DNA from: Chloroflexota bacterium
Lineage (GTDB): Bacteria > Chloroflexota > Dehalococcoidia > UBA2979
Length of the DNA stretch: 62,384 nucleotides
Assembly (NCBI GenBank): GCA_027592645.1
Contig: JAQCKI010000002.1
Location: 1-62,384 of the forward strand
Direction of reading: 5' to 3'
Numbering within the stretch: the stretch's first letter is position 1; each line of letters begins with the position of its first letter. The notes beneath the pieces were generated by a model. It was not told where the DNA came from. It did no database searches and saw only the letters and a list, made by a program, of their open reading frames with translations. The position numbers and the translations under genes were made by a program. This document shows positions 56,280 to 62,384 of this stretch, in pieces.

Positions 56280-58943
56280 CTAGGCGACAGCGTTGATCCC
56301 GAGAGCGACGGGCACGCCAATCGCGCGTTCGAATTGGTCGGCGGCGAGCGGCCTGGCGAAGTAGTACCCCTGACCTCGATCGCATCCGAGGTGGCTGATC
56401 AGCCCGAGCTGCGCCGGCGTCTCGATGCCCTCGGCGGTGACACGCATACCAAGCGTATGAGCGACCGCCACGATCGCGTTGACGATCGCGGTCCCGTTCG
56501 TGTCTTCCCCGAGCGCGCGGACGAAGGCCTGGTCGATCTTCAATACATCGACCGGGAGAGTACTGAGATAGGACAGCGACGAGTAGCCCGTACCGAAGTC
56601 GTCGATGGCGACTTCCACCCCCAGCGCGCGCAGCTGTTGCAGCACCTCGACGGTCCGCCCGGGATCGCGCATGGCAGTACTCTCCGTGATTTCCAGTCGC
56701 AACGATGTCGCGGGAAGCCCGGCCTCGTCGATGGCAGCCTTCACCTCAGCGACGAAATTCGGCTGCGTCAGTTGGACAGCTGACACGTTGACCCCAATCA
56801 CGAGTACTTCCGCAGGCGGCATGCGCGACCGCCATTCCATTGTCTGGCGGCATGCCTCACGCAACACCCAGTTCCCGAGTGCGGTGATCGTTCCGGTCTC
56901 TTCCGCAAGTGGGATGAAATCGGCGGGCGACACGATGCCGCGATCGGGATGGTGCCACCGCACCAGCGCTTCCATCCCAACCAGCGCTCCGGTGCGGAGG
57001 TCATGCTCGGGCTGGTAGACGAGCTCCCACTCGGAGCGGTCGATCGCGCGCCGGAGGTCGGTCTCAAGGTCCAGGCGTCCCAGCGCCGATGGATCCATCC
57101 CGTCCTCGAAGGTGACCGTCTGGACCTTGCCGTTCGCCTTCGCCCGGTACATGGCAATGTCCGCCTTGCGCAGCAGGTCGTGCGCATCCAAGGGCGAACC
57201 GCCGCCCGTGTGCGTCGCCAGTCCGAGGCTGGCGCTGACGAACACGTCGCGATCGGAGACGCGGACCGGAGCATGGAGCTCGCCCAGGAGCCGGTCGGCG
57301 ACCGCGATCGCACCCGCGACATCCGCTACGTCTGGCAACAGCACGACGAACTCGTCGCCGCCGAATCGCGCGATGGTGTCCTCCGGCGCCAGGCACCGGG
57401 CGAGCCGCTTGCACACGGCGACGAGGAGCTCGTCACCCACGGTGTGGCCGAGGCTGTCGTTGATGACCTTGAATCCGTCGAGGTCAAGGAACAGGACCGC
57501 GACCGGCAACCCGCTGCCGTAGCCGGACAGCAGCGCGTGCTCCAGGCGGTCCGTGAAGAGGGTCCGGTTCGGCAGCCCCGTCAGCGGATCGTGGAGGGCC
57601 TGGTGCGTGAGCTGCTCCTGGAATCGCACTCGCTCACTGATGTCCTGGGCAACCACCAGGACGGCCTGTCGTCCGGTGAACTGGATGCGATGCGACGTCA
57701 GCGCGACCGCAAACACCTCGCCCGACTTGCGACGGTGCCGCGACTCAGCGGCAATACGCCCGCCCGCGGAGGTCAGCGCTTCATCGGCAGAGAAGTAGGC
57801 GACGTCCTCGGGAGCAACGACATCGCTCACTTGCATTCGTGCGAACTCGCTACGGTCGTAGCCATACTGCGCGACCGCTGCATCGTTGACCTCGATGAAT
57901 GCGAGCGTCGAGTTGTCGTACACCCACATCGGTTGAGGGTTGCTCTCGAACAGCCGGCGGAAACGCGCCTCGCTGGTGCGAAGCGCCTCCTCGGCCTCAA
58001 GGCGCTCGGTCACATCGTTGAACGTGACCACCGCTCCGCTGGCGCGCCCTCGTTGGCGCATGGGCGTTGCGACGAAGTCCGCGAGGAACGTCGTGCCGTC
58101 GCCTCGACGGACGATCGTCCTGCCGACGTGACGCTCGGACGTACCGGCGATGACCGCCGCACCGGGCAGCGCGCCCTCGCCCTCGTCAACGAGCAGGCGC
58201 TCGGGCTGCCCGAGGATCAGAGGGATGTCCTGCCGGAGCAGCGCCCCGCTCGCCGGGTTGGCGAACTCGACGTTTCCGGCTCCATCGAGCACATAGATGC
58301 CCTCGCCCGCTGCCGTGAGGATGAGGTCAGTGGTCGCTCGCGCGCCTTCGTTCAAGCGCCAGTTCACGATGCCGGCGACGGAGGCGGCGAGGACGAACCC
58401 GCCATGAATCGCCGCCCATTTCCACGGGTGGTCCCACGCGTCCTGATGGTTGTAGACCGCAGTTGGATCGAGCACCCCGACGAACCCGTGATGGAAGACA
58501 ACGAACCCGATCGCGAACAGGAACGGGATCCAGTCCTGGTACAACGTGATGATGATCACGACCACGAAGAAGTGGAAGTGCATCTCGATGTTGCCCTGGC
58601 TGAGGTGCACGAGCAGCGCTGACGTACTCGCCAGGCCGACGCTTGCCGCGGTCGCACGAAGGCGCCGGCTCCCATGCTTCTCCGACGCGAGAATCGCAAC
58701 GGTTGCCGGCACCATGCCCTCGATCGTCGCGTGGACGATACCGTGCCCCAGAAGGACCGCCGCGGCAAAGATGACGGCCGCATGGATCCAGAGCAACGCG
58801 AGGATGACGACGTGTCGTCGATACCAGATGGGCTCCGGCAGCGGGCGTCCCTCTGGGAGAGAGGTGGCAACCTCGGCGATGAGGTTGCTCATCCAGAGTC
58901 TGAGTGGGGCGCTCACCCGGAGCGCCGAATGAATAGGTGCCAC
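56280..58943 (-). CDS. Membrane-bound PAS-GGDEF-EAL protein (c-di-GMP synthase/phosphodiesterase) with His-rich polytopic N-terminal domain
   Basis: Has RFGGDEFVVLL (GGDEF), MEALVRWHHP (EAL), DDFGTGYSSL, PAS-like blocks and about 6 N-terminal TM helices. An alternative start is the ATG at 58892 (MSNLIAEV). Confidence 0.9.
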   Translation of the reverse strand: MAPIHSALRVSAPLRLWMSNLIAEVATSLPEGRPLPEPIWYRRHVVILALLWIHAAVIFAAAVLLGHGIVHATIEGMVPATVAILASEKHGSRRLRATAASVGLASTSALLVHLSQGNIEMHFHFFVVVIIITLYQDWIPFLFAIGFVVFHHGFVGVLDPTAVYNHQDAWDHPWKWAAIHGGFVLAASVAGIVNWRLNEGARATTDLILTAAGEGIYVLDGAGNVEFANPASGALLRQDIPLILGQPERLLVDEGEGALPGAAVIAGTSERHVGRTIVRRGDGTTFLADFVATPMRQRGRASGAVVTFNDVTERLEAEEALRTSEARFRRLFESNPQPMWVYDNSTLAFIEVNDAAVAQYGYDRSEFARMQVSDVVAPEDVAYFSADEALTSAGGRIAAESRHRRKSGEVFAVALTSHRIQFTGRQAVLVVAQDISERVRFQEQLTHQALHDPLTGLPNRTLFTDRLEHALLSGYGSGLPVAVLFLDLDGFKVINDSLGHTVGDELLVAVCKRLARCLAPEDTIARFGGDEFVVLLPDVADVAGAIAVADRLLGELHAPVRVSDRDVFVSASLGLATHTGGGSPLDAHDLLRKADIAMYRAKANGKVQTVTFEDGMDPSALGRLDLETDLRRAIDRSEWELVYQPEHDLRTGALVGMEALVRWHHPDRGIVSPADFIPLAEETGTITALGNWVLREACRQTMEWRSRMPPAEVLVIGVNVSAVQLTQPNFVAEVKAAIDEAGLPATSLRLEITESTAMRDPGRTVEVLQQLRALGVEVAIDDFGTGYSSLSYLSTLPVDVLKIDQAFVRALGEDTNGTAIVNAIVAVAHTLGMRVTAEGIETPAQLGLISHLGCDRGQGYYFARPLAADQFERAIGVPVALGINAVA

Positions 58944-58989
58944 AGTCGCTCCGCGCTCGAGCCGGTCTTCTCAGGACTATCGGCGGCTC

Positions 58990-59552
58990 GCGGCGCTCCT
59001 GAAGCCGAGCGGAATCGGGCCAAACGCGACCGCACTCCGATTCGCCCGACATCTGCCGATACTTCAAGGCGGGCTTGCGACCGGAGGATCTTGTGCGTCT
59101 ATATCCTCAGCGCCGCGCACAGCGCCTCCCCGACAGCTCGGGGGGCCATCCGCCGAGCGAGCGCTGGCGGGCGTGGTTCCTCGTCGCCGCGTTCCTCGTC
59201 GCGAACGTGACCGCCGTCATCCTCCCCATTGCACCCCGCTCTGAGGGAGTCGGGGCAGGCGTCATCAGCTTCTTCTGCCGGTTGCCGGGCTGAGGATGCC
59301 GATGGAGACGGTGCAGGCGGATCTCGGACGCCACCATCTCCAGGCCAGTGCTACGCCCAGGTCGATGCCATGCGAGAGGACTCCGCGCATGCGATCGGCG
59401 GACTGCTAACGGCGCCCCCGGGCGTTCTGCATCCCTCGAAACGGGCTCCGTTCGAGGTGCTCCGAGTCGACCAGCCAGTTGAAGAAGCAACGCACCTCGC
59501 TGAAGTAGCGGTGCTCGGTACTTCGGCCCCGGGGATGCGTGAGTCGCCGTCG
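58990..59552 (-). pseudogene. Decayed tyrosine recombinase (phage-type integrase) remnant, multiple frames
   Basis: The best piece (59398-59520) reads STEHRYFSEVRCFFNWLVDSEHLERSPFRGMQNARGRR*, which fits the core-binding-domain pattern R.FF.WLV.eg.L..nPf. Weaker pieces lie in other frames: TGLEMVASEIRLHRL (59305-59349) and THKILRSQARLEVSADVGRI (about 59030-59090). No intact ORF remains. Confidence 0.4.
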
Positions 59553-59555
59553 CCC

Positions 59556-60791
59556 CTAAGCCAGCACGCCTTCCGCGACGAGCGCGGCCACCTCATCGGG
59601 GGAAAGACCGAGGATCTCCGTGGCGACCTCGGTCGTGTGCTCGCCGAGCAGTGGGGCAGGGCCGCGGAGCTCGACCGGCGTAACGGAGAGGCGGAACCCC
59701 GGGCCATCATACGCGCGGACGCCGGCCTCCGCGTGGTCCGGGTAGGCGTAGTACGTCCGCGCCTGCAGATGCTCATCGCGCAGGATCTCCGTCGCATTGA
59801 GGACGAGGCCGGCCGGGACGCCCGCGGACTGGAGGCGTGCCGCCACTTCCGGGCCGTGCTGGCCCGCCGCCCATCCCTCGATCAGCGCGTCCAGCGCATC
59901 CTCGTGCTGCTTGCGCAGGGCAAGCGAGGCGAACCGGGGGTCGTCCGCCCAACCCGGGTGCTCCATCACGTCCGCGGCTGCGCGCCAGTGTCCCTCGGTC
60001 AGGCAGGCGAGCACCAGCCAGCGGTCGGAACGGTCGCCCTCCGCGCGCGTGCGGTACGCGCCGTGCGGGGCGGCGTGGGGGACGCGGTTCCCTTGCCGCC
60101 GGTACTCCTCGGCGGCGTTGTCCCACGCGAATACCGGCGCGGCGAGTGCGGCGACCGAGGACTCCAGTTGCGACATGTCGATGAGTTGGCCCTGGCCGGT
60201 GCGTCGCCGGTGGCGCAGCGCGGCGAGCAGCGCGACGACGGCGTGCATCGGGTTCACGACGTAGTCCGGGTAGTTCGTGCTGACGCCGATCGGTGGACGG
60301 CCCTCCGATCCGGCGAAGTAGTTGACGCCGCAGATCGCGGAGAGCACCGCCCCGAAGCCGACGAACTCCGTGTGCGGCCCCGCCATCCCCTGCATCGGCT
60401 GGTACATCGCGACGATGCCCGGGTTCGCCTCGCGCACCGCCTCCCACGACATACCCACCTGGCGCACGGCGCGGTTGGTCATGTTCGTCATGAACACGTC
60501 CGCCCATCGCACGAGCCCGAGCCCCAGCTCATGCCCGCGCTCCGTGGTGAGGTCGAGCGTGATCGAGCGCTTCTCCGCGTTGTAGTTGTTGTAGTACCCG
60601 GAGACGTTCAGGCTGGCGTTTCCAGCCGGCTTCGGTCCCGCGATCCGAAGGCCATCCGGCCGCTTCCCCGTCTCCACGCGCACGACGTCCGCCCCGAGGT
60701 TCGCGAGCGAGCGCGTGGCGATCGGCCCGGCGCCGAACCAGGTGAGGTCGAGTACCTTCACGCCCTCCAGCGGACGCGGTGCGGCGGTCAT
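59556..60791 (-). CDS. Family III CoA-transferase, B-type member of pair 3
   Basis: ORF 59556..60929 trimmed to the ATG at 60791 (MTAAPRPLEGVKVLDLTWFGAGPIATRSLANLGADVVRVE). Has GQGQLIDMSQLES. C-terminal LGEHT. Confidence 0.9.
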   Translation of the reverse strand: MTAAPRPLEGVKVLDLTWFGAGPIATRSLANLGADVVRVETGKRPDGLRIAGPKPAGNASLNVSGYYNNYNAEKRSITLDLTTERGHELGLGLVRWADVFMTNMTNRAVRQVGMSWEAVREANPGIVAMYQPMQGMAGPHTEFVGFGAVLSAICGVNYFAGSEGRPPIGVSTNYPDYVVNPMHAVVALLAALRHRRRTGQGQLIDMSQLESSVAALAAPVFAWDNAAEEYRRQGNRVPHAAPHGAYRTRAEGDRSDRWLVLACLTEGHWRAAADVMEHPGWADDPRFASLALRKQHEDALDALIEGWAAGQHGPEVAARLQSAGVPAGLVLNATEILRDEHLQARTYYAYPDHAEAGVRAYDGPGFRLSVTPVELRGPAPLLGEHTTEVATEILGLSPDEVAALVAEGVLA

Positions 60792-62074
60792 CGTGCTGGA
60801 GTCCCGTCCGAGGTCAGCGCGGCGATCGCGTCGGGTGCGAGGCCGCTCTCGCGGAACACCTCCATGTTGTGCTCGCCGAGGAGCGGCGCCGGCCGGCGTA
60901 GGGTCGCCGGCGTACCGTGCAGCCGCCACGGCGGCCCGGGGTAGCGCAGCGTCTGCCCGCGCCCCGCGTCGTCAATGCTGCGGAACCACTCGCGCGCCAC
61001 CAGTTGCACGCTCTCCGAGATCTCACGAGGTCCGTTCACGGCGCCAATCAGTGCGCGTCGCTCCTGCCCCTGTACGTACAGGGTCTCCTTCGGGTAGCGC
61101 CGGAAGAACGCGCTCACGACCGCTTCAATCTCCTCGAGGAGCGGGCGGACGCGGTCGGATTGCGCCGGATCCTGCAGGAGCGCGGTGACCTGTGCCGTGG
61201 TCATGGAGGTGCGAATGAACGTCGCGTACGGTTCGCGGTCCAGGCCGTGCTCGAAGCCCAGGTCGGTCATGAGCCGGACGAGACCCGCGAATCCGGATCC
61301 GGCGGTGCCGGTGCACATGGCGTAGACGAAGCCATCGTCGACCTCGTACACGCCGAGGCCGGGCATCTTCACCGGCAGCACGCCGGTGCCGCCGGTGCGC
61401 GCGCGGTCCACGCCGTTGATGTCAGCACCCTGCATCGCCGTCTCCTGCGCCATCAGCAGCGCCTCCTGCGCGGACACCTCCACCCGTTGTCCCTCGCCCG
61501 TCGCGTCGCGATGGAGCACCGCCGCGAGGATCCCCGCCGCCGCGTTGATCGAGGCGCAGGCGTGGCTCTGCAGCGCCGGTAGTTGCTCCGGCGTGCCATC
61601 CGGGAAGCCCGCGAGCTGCATCACACCGGACATCGCGCAGGTGACGATGTCCGCGTACGCCAGACCAGCGGACGGACCGTCCAGGCCCCACCCCGTCACC
61701 GAGCAACGGATCAGGTCCGGGCGGACCTCGTGCAAGGCCTCGTCGATGAGGTGCAGGCTGTCCGCCTCCTGCGATGACCACGACTCGATGAGGACGTCGG
61801 CGGTGGCGACCAGCCGTAGGAACGCCTCGCGACCTTGCTCATCTGCGAGGTCCAGACGGACGCCACGCTTGTTCGCGTTCAGGAGCAGGAAGAGCAGGCC
61901 GCTCTCGGGTTCCGGTGTATCCGGGAGGAAGGGAGGCCAGAGCCGTGCCGGGTCGCCCGCGAGCGGCTCCACCTTGATCACGTCCGCGCCGAGGTCCGCG
62001 AGCAGGCGCCCCGCGTAGTGGCCGATCGGGCCGGTGGCATCGATCACGCGCAGGTCGTCCAGGGCGCCGGGCAT
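60788..62074 (-). CDS. Family III CoA-transferase, A-type member of pair 3
   Basis: Has DLRVIDATGPIGHYAGRLLADLGADVIKVEP and GEGQRVEVSAQEA. C-terminal LGEHN. Has a 4-nt ATGA overlap with the downstream partner. Confidence 0.9.
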   Translation of the reverse strand: MPGALDDLRVIDATGPIGHYAGRLLADLGADVIKVEPLAGDPARLWPPFLPDTPEPESGLLFLLLNANKRGVRLDLADEQGREAFLRLVATADVLIESWSSQEADSLHLIDEALHEVRPDLIRCSVTGWGLDGPSAGLAYADIVTCAMSGVMQLAGFPDGTPEQLPALQSHACASINAAAGILAAVLHRDATGEGQRVEVSAQEALLMAQETAMQGADINGVDRARTGGTGVLPVKMPGLGVYEVDDGFVYAMCTGTAGSGFAGLVRLMTDLGFEHGLDREPYATFIRTSMTTAQVTALLQDPAQSDRVRPLLEEIEAVVSAFFRRYPKETLYVQGQERRALIGAVNGPREISESVQLVAREWFRSIDDAGRGQTLRYPGPPWRLHGTPATLRRPAPLLGEHNMEVFRESGLAPDAIAALTSDGTPAR

Positions 62075-62158
62075 CGCGTACCCCCTCCGGCTTCCGTCAG
62101 AGCTCAGACCACGATCCGCATACTAGCGTGGCGGCCTACCCGACCGAGGGAGCGCCCC

Positions 62159-62257
62159 GTGACCTGCCCGCACTGCAGCTCGGCCCGCTTCGCAGCGCGC
62201 AAGCGGCGCACGTCGCTCGGCCATCGGACCTTCGCCCGTCACGACTGTCGGCGCACA
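62159..62257 (+). mobile_element. Remnant of a transposase-type N-terminal zinc ribbon (IS1/IS6-like), truncated
   Basis: The frame from the GTG at 62159 reads VTCPHCSSARFAARKRRTSLGHRTFARHDCRRT. This is a CPxC...(Y/F).C..C pattern with the third Cys lost, and it then runs into the hairpin and tRNA with no transposase body. Not in the ORF track (no stop before the window end). Confidence 0.3.
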
Positions 62258-62300
62258 GCGAGTCTCTGCTCAGTAAGCGAATCGTCGCCATCTCGACCAC

Positions 62301-62330
62301 GAAGAAGCCCGCCTTGCGGCGGGCCTCTTC
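62301..62330. terminator. 13-bp GC-rich hairpin 13 nt downstream of the tRNA 3' end
   Basis: The plus strand reads GAAGAAGCCCGCC-TTGC-GGCGGGCCTCTTC, with one G-U pair when read on the minus strand. Confidence 0.5.
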
Positions 62331-62343
62331 TATTGCATGCGCC

Positions 62344-62384
62344 TGGAGCGGGAGACGGGATTCGAACCCGCGACCCTTTGCTTG
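62344..62384 (-). tRNA. tRNA-Gly (NCC anticodon), 3' 41 nt only; the 5' part lies right of the window
   Basis: The reverse complement reads C-AA-GCAAA-GGGTC-GCGGG-TTCGAAT-CCCGT-CTCCCGC-T-CCA. That gives anticodon position 36 = C, then the anticodon stem, a 5-nt variable loop, a T-arm with a TTCGAAT loop, an acceptor strand pairing with GCGGGAG, discriminator U73 (Gly identity) and an encoded CCA. Confidence 0.85.

Noticed and set aside
59107-59490. 127-aa minus-strand ORF as a genuine gene
   Set aside because: Arg-rich with no start context. Its sequence is better explained as one frame of the decayed integrase remnant.

Overview
High-G+C bacterial chromosomal segment, by eye well above 60 % GC. 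Third codon positions are almost all G/C, which produces the many long antisense shadow ORFs in the supplied track. I support about 55 protein genes, one partial tRNA-Gly at the right edge, two perfect short tandem arrays, several GC-rich hairpins and two mobile-element remnants. I saw no rRNA, no CRISPR array, no recognisable defence-system genes and no recognisable DNA-binding transcription factor in 62 kb.

Gene content in order:
- 1-1.7 kb: YciH/SUI1 (partial), DsbB-like and TlpA-like thiol-disulfide module.
- 1.7-7.4 kb: aldo/keto reductase, split family-I CoA-transferase, signal-less solute-binding protein, amidohydrolase, nitroreductase, PPOX-like protein.
- 7.4-16 kb: a bbs-like beta-oxidation module (DUF35 + thiolase, adjacent pair of family-III CoA-transferases, hydrolase, SDR, third CoA-transferase, crotonase).
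- 16-22 kb: AKR, two small envelope proteins, NHL/PAL-like propeller, 655-aa hydrolase-like protein, MFS.
- 22-26.5 kb: MoaD-like protein + aldehyde:ferredoxin oxidoreductase, nitroreductase, acyl-CoA dehydrogenase.
- 26.5-32.8 kb: stress/envelope genes (DinB, LapA-like, CsbD, DUF4230, C26 amidotransferase, hydrolase, M14 peptidase, a broken sortase-like gene).
- 32.8-39.3 kb: second CoA-transferase/crotonase module.
- 39.4-46.5 kb: a giant repeat-rich surface protein gene.
- 46.7-56.1 kb: co-directional block of penicillin-acylase-family hydrolase, second NHL/PAL-like protein, Tet(M)/OtrA-type ribosomal protection GTPase and 2 x (ABC ATPase + ABC-2 permease).
- 56.3-58.9 kb: membrane PAS-GGDEF-EAL protein.
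- 59-62.4 kb: decayed integrase, third CoA-transferase pair, transposase zinc-ribbon fragment, tRNA-Gly.

Most interesting observations:
1. A single in-frame TAA separates the signal peptide from the 2,304-codon surface-protein body.
2. The ribosomal-protection / double-ABC / PAL-like / Ntn-acylase block has a 298-nt leader and an overlapping uORF.
3. A 13-nt duplication of a Shine-Dalgarno-containing sequence flanks its perfect complement, giving two mutually exclusive hairpins in front of the DinB-like gene.
4. A (GGGCTTGT)4 G-quadruplex-type array lies in a divergent promoter, and a (GGCTGAC)7 array begins in a stop codon.
5. Three co-oriented A-type/B-type pairs of family-III CoA-transferases suggest BbsEF-like heteromers.
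6. A tRNA-Gly-proximal decayed integrated element is present.

All family assignments come from motif recognition by eye. No database search was possible.
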